Below, piece by piece: positions 43,711 through 55,286 of a stretch of 64,000 nucleotides of DNA (its first letter is position 1; each line of letters begins with the position of its first letter). Source of the DNA: Candidatus Latescibacterota bacterium. Its GTDB lineage: Bacteria > Latescibacterota > UBA2968 > UBA8231. The stretch lies in contig OZ252098.1 in assembly GCA_965248355.1 (NCBI GenBank), positions 4,160,001 through 4,224,000 on the forward strand, in the 5' to 3' direction. Both the position numbers and the translations under genes were made by a program. Under the pieces are notes generated by a model, which saw nothing but the letters and a program-made list of their open reading frames with translations, was not told where the DNA came from and searched no databases.

Positions 43711-44826
43711 CTATCCCCCACCCACCGCGGCGCCTCCGATGGGCCTTCCGGCGGCGGACCGGATCTGCTCGGCGTAATGCTCCTCGCCGAAGGTCTCCTT
43801 CTTGTTGAGATAGCGGCTCATGGCCGGGATGATCTTGAGGCTGCGGTCGGCGATGGGGAAGCGGACGGGCGCGTGGTCCTCGCGGTGCGACTGGCGCAGC
43901 CCGATGGAGATCTCGAGGACCTTGCGCATGTTCTGGCCGCTGCAGCGGGGCTCGATGCCCTGGTCGAGGGACTCGACGATCGACTGGATGCCGCCGCGCT
44001 GGCGGGTGCCGCTGGGGTTGATCCAGTCCTCCGGATCGCCGAACTCGGTGAAGAAGTCCTCCTCCTCCACCAGCTTTCCGTGGGGCTCGCCCCGCCAGAG
44101 GTGGCCGCTGGTCCAGTTCGAGTGGTAGACGCCCTTGCTGCACACCACCTCGATGCCCTCCAGGGGTGAGCGCCGGGTGTGGATGAAGGCGTCGACGCCG
44201 TTGGCGAAGCGGATGGCCCCGCCCATGCACTGGTCGTCGTCCGAGAAGGGGTCGCCGAGGCACCAGCCGGTCAGCCACTCGACATCGGCGTCTCCGGCGA
44301 ACAGGCGCAGGACGCTGAGGCCCTGGCAGCCGCCCCCCGAGATCTCGCCCGTCGACTGGTAGAGGTTGATGCTGCACAGCTCTCCCAGGTCGCCGGAGTC
44401 GATGAGCCTCTTCACCTTCCAGTGCTGGGGCATGTTCCGGTAGGCGTCGCCCGAGGCGAAGGCGATGCCCCGCGCTTCGCAGGCGTCGACCATGGCGTCG
44501 GCCTCCTCCAGGCTCGCCGCCATGGGCTTCTCGCAATAGACGGCCTTGACGCCCGCCTCGGCGCAGTCGATGACCACCCGCGGGTTGGGTCTCACCGGCA
44601 GGATCGGGGCGGCGATGTCGATCTCCTCCTGTGCGAGCAGCTCGCGGTAGTCGGCATACCCCGGCAGCGGGAAATGCTCCAGAAAGATCTTCAGATTGTC
44701 GGCGTCCGGATCGGCGGCGGCGACCACCTCGGTCCGCGGGTTGCCGGCGTATCCCCGGGCGTGTCCGTGTCCCTTGCGGCCGCAGCCGATCAAGGCGACG
44801 CGGTAGGTCCTGTGGTCCTGCGTCAT
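43711..44826 (-). CDS. Gfo/Idh/MocA oxidoreductase
   Basis: IGCGRKG, VYCEKPMA; GGAGGGAGGAG RBS region. Confidence 0.9.
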   Translation of the reverse strand: MTQDHRTYRVALIGCGRKGHGHARGYAGNPRTEVVAAADPDADNLKIFLEHFPLPGYADYRELLAQEEIDIAAPILPVRPNPRVVIDCAEAGVKAVYCEKPMAASLEEADAMVDACEARGIAFASGDAYRNMPQHWKVKRLIDSGDLGELCSINLYQSTGEISGGGCQGLSVLRLFAGDADVEWLTGWCLGDPFSDDDQCMGGAIRFANGVDAFIHTRRSPLEGIEVVCSKGVYHSNWTSGHLWRGEPHGKLVEEEDFFTEFGDPEDWINPSGTRQRGGIQSIVESLDQGIEPRCSGQNMRKVLEISIGLRQSHREDHAPVRFPIADRSLKIIPAMSRYLNKKETFGEEHYAEQIRSAAGRPIGGAAVGGG

Positions 44827-44897
44827 GGTCTCCTCCCTCCTGAGGCGGTAAGCACGGGGATATCGACAGGGTACACAACTTGCCCCTTCTTTGCAGG

Positions 44898-46889
44898 ATG
44901 GACGCCTCCCGCGCCCCACAAGCCGCCGGGCAACCCCGGCTGCGCTTTGGCCGGAGCATCATCGCCGGGGCGCTGCTGTCCCTGATCATCAGCGTCGGCT
45001 TCGCCTACTGCCGGCTGGCCCTGTCCACGGCCGGCATGTCCTCCGACTACATCACCGCCGGGGCCGTGGCCGTCTTCTTCCTCCTCACGGCCCTCCTCAA
45101 CCCGCTCCTCAAGCTCGTGCACCGGCCCTGGGCCTTCCACCGCGCCGAGCTGGCCGTGGTCTACGTGATGCTCATCATCGCCTCGACCATCCCCACCTGG
45201 GGCTTCTCGGCCAACCTCGTCCCCATGCTCCCGGCGGTCTACTACTTCTCCACCCCGGAGAACGACTGGGCCGAGCTGGTCCAGCCCCACATCCACCGCT
45301 GGATGGTGGTCCACGACCACGACGCCGTCACCTACTTCTTCCAGGGCCTGCCCGAAGGGGCGTCGATCCCCTGGGGCCCCTGGGTCGTGCCCCTGGCCGC
45401 GTGGCTCACCTTCATCGTCGCCATCTACCTGATGATGATCTGCCTCATGGTGCTGCTGCGCCGCCAGTGGGTGGAGCACGAGCGCCTGCTCTTCCCCCTC
45501 GTGCAGCTGCCCCTGCAGATGATCGAGGAGGGCCGGCCCGGCGACCGCTTCGGCCCCTTCCTGAAGAGCCCGCTCATGTGGATCGGGTTCCTCGTGCCCT
45601 TCTGCCTGCTGAGCACCTACGGCCTGAACTACTACTTCCCCATCGTCCCCAAGGTCGACCTCTACGCCATCATCGTGCCCTTCCGCGACTGGGGCGCCAT
45701 GGAGATCCTCCTCAGCTTCACGGTCCTCGGCCTGTCCTACTTCCTCAGCTTCGCCCTGTCCTCCAGCCTGTGGCTGTTCCATCTGCTGGCCGACGTGCAG
45801 ATGGGGATCCAGTACACCATCGGCTACCGGCTGTCGGGGGAGATCGAGAAGTTCATGGAGGGGACGTTGATGCTGGCCCACCAGGGCATGGGCGCCATGC
45901 TGGCCGTCATCGCCTACGGCATCTGGACGTCCCGGGGCCACCTCAGGGCGGTGGCCCACAAGGTCTGGCGGTCCGGTCCCGGCACCCTCGACGACAGCGG
46001 CGAGATGCTCTCCTACCGGACCGCCGCCGTGCTGCTGGGACTTTGCAGCCTGTACGTGACCGTCTGGCTCACCCTGTCGGGCGTGCCCCTGTGGGTGACC
46101 ATCGTCTTCCTGCTGGTGGCCTTCGGCGTCTTCCTGTTCATGGCCCGCCTCATCGCCGAGAGCGGCCTGGGTTTCATCCGGCCCCAGATGACGGCCCAGA
46201 CCATCGTCATCAACTTCCTCGGCACCCGCAACGTCACCCCCTCCGGCCTCTTCAGCCTGGCCATGACCTTCAGCTGGGCCGGCAACCTGCGCATCCTGCT
46301 CATGGCCTCGGCCATGAACGGCATGAAGCTGGCCGAGCGCGTCGGCGCCCTGCGCCGCCCCCTGTTCTGGGCCATGGTGGTGGCCATGCTCGTGAGCCTG
46401 CTCTCCTCGGTCTGGCTGGTCATCTACCTGGCCTACGAGCACGGCGGCATCAACCTGGAGCTGTGGGCCTACCAGGCCATGGCCAAGGGCCCCGCCAACC
46501 TCACCGCCTACAAGATCCTGAACCCCGTGAGCCTGCTGGACCCCTTCGACGTGATGGGTCCGCGGCTGCTCTTCACCGGCGTCGGCGGCGCCGTCATGAC
46601 CGCCCTCATCTGGGCCCGACACCACCTGCTGTGGTGGCCCGTGCACTACATCGGCTTCGCCGTGAGCGCCACCAACATGACCTCGGCGAGCTGGTTCAGC
46701 ATCTTCCTGGGATCGATCTTCAAGGCCTTCATCCTCAAGTACGGCGGGGTCCGGCTCTACCGCGCGTTGCGCCCGCTCTTCCTCGGCTTCATCCTGGGCC
46801 AGATCACCTGCTCCGCCTTCTGGCTCGTCGTCGACCTGATCGCCGGCGGCACCGGCAACAAGGTCCCGGTCTTCTCCCACCACTACTAG
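44898..46889 (+). CDS. DUF6785/DUF6784-like polytopic membrane protein (putative transporter)
   Basis: Many TM helices; AELAVVYVM, YYFSTPENDW, RRQWVEHERLLFPL, WWPVHYIGF and LKYGG motifs. Confidence 0.75.
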   Translation: MDASRAPQAAGQPRLRFGRSIIAGALLSLIISVGFAYCRLALSTAGMSSDYITAGAVAVFFLLTALLNPLLKLVHRPWAFHRAELAVVYVMLIIASTIPTWGFSANLVPMLPAVYYFSTPENDWAELVQPHIHRWMVVHDHDAVTYFFQGLPEGASIPWGPWVVPLAAWLTFIVAIYLMMICLMVLLRRQWVEHERLLFPLVQLPLQMIEEGRPGDRFGPFLKSPLMWIGFLVPFCLLSTYGLNYYFPIVPKVDLYAIIVPFRDWGAMEILLSFTVLGLSYFLSFALSSSLWLFHLLADVQMGIQYTIGYRLSGEIEKFMEGTLMLAHQGMGAMLAVIAYGIWTSRGHLRAVAHKVWRSGPGTLDDSGEMLSYRTAAVLLGLCSLYVTVWLTLSGVPLWVTIVFLLVAFGVFLFMARLIAESGLGFIRPQMTAQTIVINFLGTRNVTPSGLFSLAMTFSWAGNLRILLMASAMNGMKLAERVGALRRPLFWAMVVAMLVSLLSSVWLVIYLAYEHGGINLELWAYQAMAKGPANLTAYKILNPVSLLDPFDVMGPRLLFTGVGGAVMTALIWARHHLLWWPVHYIGFAVSATNMTSASWFSIFLGSIFKAFILKYGGVRLYRALRPLFLGFILGQITCSAFWLVVDLIAGGTGNKVPVFSHHY

Positions 46890-46905
46890 TCGAACAAGGA
46901 GGTTC

Positions 46906-47799
46906 ATGGTGGCCAGGTACAGTTTGACTTCAGGGCTTTTCTCTCTGGACGAAGAGAGCGCAGCAAAGGATGATCTCGCAGCGACACTCGAGTCGATTGC
47001 CGCCGCCGGTTTCAGCGAAACGGAACTGATGGCGGAGGGCGAAGAGTGGCAGAGACCAGGGCCGCACGACGCGGGACCGTGCCGCCGGGCACTGGAGCGA
47101 TGGGGGATCTATCCGCACACCATACACACGCCCATGACGGACGTGAACCTGGCAAGCTCGATCGAGGCGATTCGGCGTGACAGCGTCGCGCGCATCGGGG
47201 ATGCGATGCGGTTTCTCGGGGAGGTCGGCGGACGCACCGCCATCGTGCATCCAACAGGCCACCCCACCCCTGAAGAGCAGCCCCTTGCATTGGAGAACAG
47301 GGGTGCGGCGGTGGAGCGCAGCCACCGCTCCGTGAGTGAGCTGGTCGCGGTTGCGGCGGAGACCGGGGTCCGTATCGCGCTGGAGAACCTGGGGACTACA
47401 AGGAGCCCGCATCGTCCACTGCCGTCCATGCAGGAGCTGCGCGCCTTCATCGCCGGCTTTCCGCCGGAACACGTAGGGCTCTGCCTGGACGCGGGGCACG
47501 CCTGCATCAGCGGACTCGATCCAGCCGAGCAGGCGCGAGTCGCCTCGGAGCGGCTCTACGCGCTGCACATACAGGATGTGGACGGAAAGAGCGACTGCCA
47601 CTGGGTTCCGGGGCGCGGCGTCATCGACTGGTCCGCCCTGGGGGAGGCGCTTGCGGCCATCGACTTTGATGGTGCGTGGACGATAGAGGCCATGACGGGA
47701 GGCACGGAGGCGACGGCAGAGCAGGTCGCCGCCGAGTGCACTGCGTTGTCCGAACGCTGGGAAGCAGGAGGAATGTCGAATCCGGGGCCGCGCGGCTGA
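46906..47799 (+). CDS. Sugar phosphate isomerase/epimerase (TIM barrel)
   Basis: IVHP, IALEN, CLDAGH, LHIQD, DCHWVPGRG and TIE motifs. Confidence 0.85.
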   Translation: MVARYSLTSGLFSLDEESAAKDDLAATLESIAAAGFSETELMAEGEEWQRPGPHDAGPCRRALERWGIYPHTIHTPMTDVNLASSIEAIRRDSVARIGDAMRFLGEVGGRTAIVHPTGHPTPEEQPLALENRGAAVERSHRSVSELVAVAAETGVRIALENLGTTRSPHRPLPSMQELRAFIAGFPPEHVGLCLDAGHACISGLDPAEQARVASERLYALHIQDVDGKSDCHWVPGRGVIDWSALGEALAAIDFDGAWTIEAMTGGTEATAEQVAAECTALSERWEAGGMSNPGPRG

Positions 47800-47837
47800 T
47801 CCGGCTTCAGGCCGGCAGCCACGTTGGCTTGCCGGTC

Positions 47838-49621
47838 CTACAGGCGTATGGCGATCTGGTCCAGCAGCAGCAGGACGCCCAGGGGGAGGAAGTCGCCGAG
47901 GATGAGCCCAAGGAAGAAGGGCCGCATCCGGGTGAAGAGGCGGGGGCCGCCGTATCCCAGGATCAGGGTCTTCAGCAGCCAGGCCACCATCACCGTGAAG
48001 AACATCTTGTGGATCACCAGGCTGATGGGAAGCCGATGGGGTGCAGGGGCCACCAGATGAGTTGCTGGCGCAGGAGCATGAGTCCGGCCATGATGCCGCC
48101 GCCGATGGCCATGTAGCCCCAGTATTCCCACTTCGGCCCCACGGAGGAGCGCACCCGCGCCAGGGCGTCCTGCCAGGGATACTGCGTCTGCTCGAGGAAG
48201 TAGTGGGAGGTGTTCAGCCCGCCGTGCTCGTAGGCGATGGAAAGCATCATCCAGGCGGAGCTGCCCATGGTGACGACCAGGGCCACCACCATGCTCGGGA
48301 AGATCAACCGCCGTCCCCGCTTGACGTGCTCCTCGATGATCTTGAGCCCGTTGGAGCAGGAGACCATGACGAAGGTGATGATGTCGCTGGCCCACATGTA
48401 GGTGAGGGAGAGGGCCGCGATGCCGGTCAGTCCCAGGGCCCGGGTGCCGATCCCCCCGATCACCACGTCGGAGGCCACCATGGGCGTCACCAGGTAGGGC
48501 AGTCCTCCTTCGGAGATGATCCGCGTGATGCCCAGAAAGAGGACGAAGGCCAGGAAGAGGAAGACCGCCGTGATCCACGCCGGCATCCCCGCCTGCCACA
48601 GCCAGAAGCACATGAAGCCCAGACAAGCAAGAAGCAGCAGCACCGACCCCCGGTAGGAGAGGATCTCGTCGCCGTCGTCCATCCGCCGGCCTCGGCCGAA
48701 GGCATGGGCAAAGACCCTGCCGATGTGGCGGCGGCCGTTCCACAGGCTGAAGAGGGCGAGGACGACGAAGGCGCCGAACCCCTGGTGGGAGGCGATGGTG
48801 CCGCCCTGGGACCAGGGGCTGAAGAGGGGATCGATGCGCTCCACTCCCAGGCTGATCATCGCCGCTTCCTGGGCGAAGTTGATGATGGCGAAGACCCAGA
48901 AGCCGAGGGAGACCTCGCGCCGCACCAGGTAGGTGAAGCCGATCATCATGAAGTTGATGCCGATGCGCAGGCGCAGCTGGTCTTCGAAGAAGTGGAGGTA
49001 GTACCCCCCGATGGGGATGATGGGCAGGAAGTAGAAGTGGCGGTTGACGCCGTTGTAGCACTGGATGAAGAAGGGGATGGCGAAACCGAGCCAGAAGAGC
49101 CAGCTCTTGAAGAGGGGCTTGATCAGCCCCGGGGAGTCGCCATCGTCGATCATGGAGATGGGCAGCTGGGTCATGGGGAAGATCAGGCGCTCGTGGTGGA
49201 CCCATTGCCTCCGCAGGATGACCATGATGGCGATCATGGCCAGGTGCAGGGAGAGGGCGAGCGGCAGCCAGTGGAGCAGAGGCGGCAGCCAGATCCCCCA
49301 GGGCACGCCCCCGCCGGGGGCGCCCTCGTAGAAGTCCTTGATCTCGCCGAACTCCTTGGTGGGGATGGCCCAGTCCGGGATCAGGGGCAGCACCTCGTAG
49401 CCCCAGTTGTTCTCCGGACTGGCGTAGTAGACGGCGGCGGTCAGTATCGGCAGCAGGTAGGAGACGATGCCGCAGGTGGCCACCGCCGAGCCGATGATCC
49501 ACATGACGTACATCTGCGCCAGCTCGGCGGGGGAGAGCATCCACTTCCGGCGCATGAGGCCGGCGAGGGGGTTGCCCACCAGGATGACCGCGAAGAGGAT
49601 GATCAGCGCTCCCGGCGTGTG
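47838..49621 (-). pseudogene. DUF6785-like membrane protein paralog, 5'-truncated and frameshifted
   Basis: Begins abruptly at TPGALIILF; RRQWVHHERLIFP motif; single-C loss at ~48027; C-terminus continues in the 47838 frame. Confidence 0.75.
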
Positions 49622-50651
49622 CGCGACGGCCAGTGGTGGGGCGGGCTGCACGGCTGGAGCAGCAGCGAGAGCGCCGCCGACCGGCTCTTCCTCGGGCTCA
49701 TCGTGGGGCCCCAGTGCGCCCATCTGCTCAGCGGCGACGACGGCTACCTGGAGGTCCTGCGCTCGCAGGTCGTGGCCCTCCTCGATCGCGCGGATCGAGA
49801 ACGGCCGGCTGGTCGTGCCCAAGAGCCACGGCCCCGAGGGCTGGACCGGCTACGACGAGTTCAGCATCCGCGGCGGCCCCACCCACCTGGTCAACCTGTG
49901 GCACGAGTCCATGTCGCCTGGCGACCACGAGCTCGTCACCAGGGTGCGGGACGGCGGCGGCACCGACTGGAACGAGCTGCCGGCCATCGGCGACCGCGGC
50001 GGCGCCCGCACCGAGTTCGCCCGATTCCAGTACTACGACGGCAGGAATCCAGGCTGGCCGGTGCAGTGCCTGCAGGCCGACTACGGTCAGGTGGCCGCCT
50101 ACCTCGAGGGCATGAACCGCGACACCCGCACCGTGCAGCAGATCATCGACGACAACGCCTGGCCGCCGAACCCCGTGATCGTCAAGGGCCTGGTGCAGAC
50201 CACCATGGGCTGCCCCGGCCAGCTCTACAACGGGGGCATCCTGCGGGCCACGGTGCGCTACTTCGACGCCGCCGCGGCCCGGCCGGGCCTGCCGCCGGAC
50301 GTGGCCGCCCTCGTGGACGACCTCTCCGCCGGCGGCTGCGGGATCCAGCTGGTGAACACCAGCCACAGCGACAGCCGCAACCTCATCGTCCAGTCCGGGG
50401 CCTTCGGCGAGCACTCCTTCACCGAGGTGGGGTTCACGGGGACGGCCGTCGGCAGCGACGAGCCCAACCCCAACACCCGCGTGCGCGCCGACAGGACGGC
50501 CACGGCGGCCACCGTCCAGGTCGACGGCCGGCACTTCAGCGTGACCCTGCCGCCCATGACCTCCGTGCGTCTCACCTGCGGCCTGAGGCGGTTCGCCAAC
50601 GACCCGAGCTACGCCTTCCCCTGGCACGGCGGCCAGGTGCCCGTCGAGTAG
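49622..50651 (+). pseudogene. C-terminal half of the uncharacterised family, paralog D
   Basis: Starts at RDGQWWGG, changes frame at ~49790, then ARFQYYDGRNP, RATVRYFD, SGAFGEH and PSYAFPWH. Confidence 0.8.
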
Positions 50652-50669
50652 CCCCTGGCCCGAGGACTG

Positions 50670-51391
50670 ATGACGACCGGCCGCGCCCGCCCGGCCCCGA
50701 CCGCCAGGACGGGGTTGATCGAACGGGCCCGCCGCGTGATCCCCGGTTGCTCCCAGGCCTTCAGCAAGGGCCTGGACCAGTATCCCGGATCCCTCGGTCC
50801 CCACTACCTCGTGCGCGGCAGCGGGGCGGAGGACTTCACCATGGGGTTGTGTCCCGTCGTTCTGGGATATGCCGATCCCGAGGTGAACGAGGCCGTCCGC
50901 CGGCAGCGGGAGGGACCGGATCGCCTGCTGCGGCTATCACGGCTGGCACGACTGGTACATCGGGACGACCCCGCGCGATCTCGGGGTCCCGCGCCAGGTG
51001 GCCGATCTCACCCACACCTTTCCCTACGGGGACGTGGCCGGCCTCGCGCAGTTGCTGCAGAGCCGCTCGGCGCACGGCGGCGCGGTTCGGGCTCGGGGAC
51101 CGGCTGCGCTGCGTCGGGTGCGGCCCCCGAAGCGTGCTGCGGTTCACCGGGCCCGACGGCGGCGAAGATCCAGACATGCGCCGCGGCATCCTCACGGCGA
51201 ACTGCCACAACATGTGCCTGGCCCACACGCCCGAGGTCGTGGACCGGCTGCTCGCCGTGTACGGCGAGGTGATGGAGATGATCTCCGGTCTTCTGCGGCG
51301 CGGCGAGAACCTGCGCGCCCAAGTGGAGGGTGAGCTGGTACGGCCGGTCTTCCGGCGCCCCCTCCCCGGCTTCCAGCGGGCCCTCTCCTGA
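50670..51391 (+). pseudogene. Class III aminotransferase (GSA-aminomutase-like) remnant with multiple internal deletions
   Basis: IPGCSQAFSKG, LGYADPEVNEA, CGYHGWHDWY and LAHTPEVVD fragments in different frames; the PLP-Lys region is absent. Confidence 0.75.
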
Positions 51392-51402
51392 GCCTCGACG
51401 AC

Positions 51403-54075
51403 ATGCCCGGAGGGCCCGCCCGGGGCCTGCCCCCGATGGGCCGGGTCGTCCCCTGCCTGTTCTTCCTGTCCGGGGCCTGCGGCCTCGTCTACCAGGTCGT
51501 CTGGGCCCGCATGCTCGTCGTCGTCTTCGGGGCCACCGTGCTCGCCGTGAGCACGGTGCTGAGCGCCTTCATGGCCGGCCTCGCCCTGGGCAGCTTCCTC
51601 TTCGGGCGTTACGTCGACCGGCGCGGCGCCGGCGGCCTCCGCCGGCCGCTGCGCATCTTCGCCCTGCTCGAAGCCGGCGTCGGCCTCTACGCCCTGCTCT
51701 TTCCGGCCCTGGCCCGGGAGATCGGCTCGTCGGCGGCCATGCTGCAGGCCCTCGGCCCCGAAGGCGGCGCCCTCTCCCCGGTCCTGCGCTTCCTCATCAC
51801 CTTCCTGCTCCTGCTCGTGCCCACGACCCTGATGGGCGCCACCCTGCCGGTGCTGTCGAAGTTCGTCGTGCGCCGGCTGGCGGGCGCGGGCCCGGGGGTC
51901 GGCCTGCTCTACGGGATCAACACCCTGGGCGCCGTGGCCGGCGTCGTCCTGGTCACCTTCTTCCTCATGGAAGCCCTCGGGCTGCAGGGCAGCATCTGGG
52001 TGGTGGCCGCCGCCAACTTCACCGTCGCCGCCCTCGCCATGCTGGCCGACAGGAAGCTGGCGGCCCCCGCGGCTGACCCGTCTCCCGACACCGGCCTCGA
52101 ACCAGCCGGGGACCCGAAGGTCTCTCCCTCGTCGGCTGCGGCGGGCGAGCCGGTCCCGCGCCACCTCGTCACCGCCGTCATCGCCGCCTTCGGCCTCTCC
52201 GGCTTCGCCGCCCTCGGCTACGAGGTCGCTTGGCTGCGCCTCTTCTTCGTCTCCTTCGGCGTCAACACCCACTACGAGTTCAGCATCATCCTCATCGCCT
52301 TCCTGCTGGGGATCTCCCTGGGCAGCCTCGCCTGCGGCCGCTATCTCCGGGCGGAGAGGGACCTGCCCGCCCTCTTCGGGACGATGGAGGTCCTCATCGG
52401 CCTGGTGGGCCTCTGCTCCGTCTTCCTCTTCGTCTGGTGGCCGGAGTGGAGCGGCTGGATCCAGGGGGCCGGCACGTGGTGGGGCCACCGCCTGGGCGTC
52501 TTCGCGGTCTCCTTCGTCATCATGCTCGTGCCCACCCTGCTCATGGGCGCCCTCTTCCCGGTGGTGAGCCGCATCAACACCCCCCGCCTCGGCCGGCTCG
52601 GGCGCGGCGTGGGAGACGCCTACGCGGTCAACAGCCTCGGCGCCATCGCCGGCTCGGCCGCCACCGGTTTCCTCCTCCTCCCCGTCCTCGGCACGGAAGG
52701 CGCCTTCAAGGCCCTGGGCCTCGTCAACGTGACCGCCGGCCTCGTGGTCCTGGCGCTGCACCAGCGCCACCGCCCCCTCCGGCGCAACAAGGCGGTGGCC
52801 GCCGGCGCCCTGGCCCTCACCCTCCTCGCCCTGGCCCTGGCTCCGGGGGACGTCCTTAGGAGGATCGTCGAGCCGCGCACGCCGCGGGCCGAGCTGGTGT
52901 TCTACCGGGAGGGCCGCGAGGGGGTGGTCACCGTCGTGGCCGAGCCGGGATACCGCGTGATGAAGTTCAACCGGGGCAGCCAGGTGCCCACCGACTACGG
53001 CTCCTTCCAGGTCTTCCGGCTCCTCGGCCACCTGCCCCTGCTGCTGCACGATGCCCCGCGCGAGGTCCTCGTCGTCGCCCTCGGGGGCGGCCTCGCCCTG
53101 GGGGCGGTGGCCCAGCACGACGTGACCCGTGTCGAGTGCGTGGAGATCGTGCCCGACGTGCTGGCCGCGGCCCGGCAGGAGTACGGGCCCTTCAACCATC
53201 ACGTCCTCGACCGACTGGACGAGCACCCCATCCACATCTCCTTCGACGACGGCCGCAACCACCTGCTGTCGTCGGAGCGCCGGTACGACGTGATCACGGG
53301 CGACGCCACCCATCCCTCCAGCACCGACAGCTGGATCCTCTACACCCGCGACTTCTACGAGCTGTGCCGGTCCCGTCTGAAGGAGGGGGGCATCTTCGTG
53401 CAGTGGCTGCCCTTCCACGGCCTCCTCGTGGACGACTTCAGGACCGTGCTGCGCACCTTCGGGAGCGTCTTCGAGCACGCCACCCTGTGGCGCACCAACC
53501 ACTTCTCCGTCATGGTGGGCACCACCGGGCCCCTGCGCGTGGACCTGGCGGAGCTGGAGGCGAGGTTCGATCGCCGCTCCGTGCGCGAGAGCCTCGAGGA
53601 GGCGGACCTGGGGAACCCCCTCGACGTGCTGAGCTGCTTCCTCCTCGACGAGGACTCCTTCGCCGCGTACGTGGGGGAGGGGCCCGTCAATACCGACGAT
53701 CACCCGCACCTGAGCTTCGCCAGCCGCCGCGGCTATGGCGCCGAGGTGTGGCGCGTCCTGGCCGATCTGGACCGCCACCTCGAGGAGCATCCCCCGGCCC
53801 TCGGGCCCTGGCTCGAGTATCCGGACGAGGAGGCGCGTCTGGAGATGTAGCCGCGGCTGCGGGCCTGGTTCGAGGGCAAGCGCCACGTGCTGAAGGGGGA
53901 CATGCTGCGCCTGAGTGAAGACTGGTCGGGGGCGCTGGCCGCCTACGCACGGGCCCTGGAGGCGAACCCCCGGGAGCTGACGGCCCGCCACTACCAGGAG
54001 GAACTGGAGGGTCCCCTGCGCGAGTACAACCGCCGGCTCCGGGAGCGCCTGCCGCAGGTGGGAGGCCACCATTGA
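51403..54075 (+). CDS. Fused MFS-like membrane domain/spermidine synthase with C-terminal TPR; in-frame TAG at 53848-53850
   Basis: FFLSGACGLVYQVVWAR, LGGG, CVEI, DDGRNHL, YDVITGD and LYTRDFY motifs; the frame continues past the TAG into a TPR-like tail. Confidence 0.8.
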
Positions 54076-54146
54076 GCGGTTGCCCCGCCGGCGGGTCCCA
54101 TGCGATGATTAGGCGATCCCCCGATCCGGCCGTCGAGGAGAGCTGT

Positions 54147-55280
54147 ATGAAGATCACGGCGTCAGGCTGCGTTCACGATGGGCGTGAAGGGCCGGCGCAC
54201 CGCAGGTCCTGCGCCTTCACCACGGTCTACCTCGCCCGGGACGGAACCCTCTACGTCACCGGGCGCTTTGGCAGCGACCGCGAGTCCCTCGACGGCCATC
54301 CCTGCGTCTTCGCCAGCCGCGACCTCGGCGAGACCTGGGAGATGCGCCACGACGGCCACGGCCGCTGGGACTGGGACGGCGGTCCCGGCGAGAACAAGTG
54401 CCTGGCCCTCACCGAGGTGACCCCGGGCGAGTTCATCTCCACCTCCCTGATCGTGGACCGCTCCCGCCCCGAGCTGCCCTTCGTCAACCCCCGGACCCAG
54501 GGACTGCTGCCCATGCGGGTGGTGCACGCCACCTCCACCGACGGGGGGCGCACCTGGAGCCCGCCCCGGCCGATGGAGACGAGTCCCCATCCGGCGGCGT
54601 CCACCTGCACCCACGCCGTCATGGCCATGCCCGGCGGCGTCCTCGCCCAGCCGTACGAACACTGGAAGGAGTACGACGACCCCACCCCGGGGAAGCCCGG
54701 CGCCCTCCTGCGCTTCTCCTTCGACGGCGGCGCCACCTGGCCCGAGTTCGCCACCGTGGCCCGGCATCCGGAGCACCGCATGGCCTACTGGGACCAGCGG
54801 CTGGAGGCTCATCCGGAGACCGGCCGCCTGGTGGCCATGTTCTGGACCCACGACTTCGACGCCGGCCAGGACGTGGACGCCCACATCGCCTGGGGGTCGG
54901 CGGACGGCCGCCAGTGGTCGGAACCGCGGTCCGCCGGCCTGCCGGGACAGCATTGTCAGCCCCTGTCCCTCGGCGGCGACCGCCTGCTGGCCGCGTACCC
55001 GCGCCGCCGGGACCCGCCCGGCATCGTCCTCTCCCTCAGCGAGGATTTCGGCTGCACCTGGGACCGGTCCCGCGACCTGGTGGTCTATGACAGCACCGAG
55101 GGCACGGAGGCTGGGGCCGGGGACGCGCGGTTCGACGCCGATCTGTGGAGCGACATGGAGAGCTGGCGTTTCGGCCATCCCCGCGCGGCCCTGCTGCCGA
55201 AGGGGGAGGTCTTCGTCGTCTACTACGCGGGTGGCCGCGGGGTCAAGAGCGCCCGCTGGGCCAGGGTTTCGGTGGAGTAG
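54147..55280 (+). CDS. Sialidase-like/BNR (Asp-box) beta-propeller protein
   Basis: Asp boxes SRDLGETW, STDGGRTW, SFDGGATW, SADGRQW and SEDFGCTW. Confidence 0.85.
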   Translation: MKITASGCVHDGREGPAHRRSCAFTTVYLARDGTLYVTGRFGSDRESLDGHPCVFASRDLGETWEMRHDGHGRWDWDGGPGENKCLALTEVTPGEFISTSLIVDRSRPELPFVNPRTQGLLPMRVVHATSTDGGRTWSPPRPMETSPHPAASTCTHAVMAMPGGVLAQPYEHWKEYDDPTPGKPGALLRFSFDGGATWPEFATVARHPEHRMAYWDQRLEAHPETGRLVAMFWTHDFDAGQDVDAHIAWGSADGRQWSEPRSAGLPGQHCQPLSLGGDRLLAAYPRRRDPPGIVLSLSEDFGCTWDRSRDLVVYDSTEGTEAGAGDARFDADLWSDMESWRFGHPRAALLPKGEVFVVYYAGGRGVKSARWARVSVE

Positions 55281-55286
55281 AAACCG

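Noticed and set aside
44823..54072. Very long antisense or alternate-frame ORFs (e.g. 44823-46907, 48041-51391, 50836-54072, and similar ones elsewhere)
   Set aside because: These are shadow ORFs expected at high GC; they overlap genes with clear family motifs and have low-complexity Arg/Pro/Gly-rich sequence.
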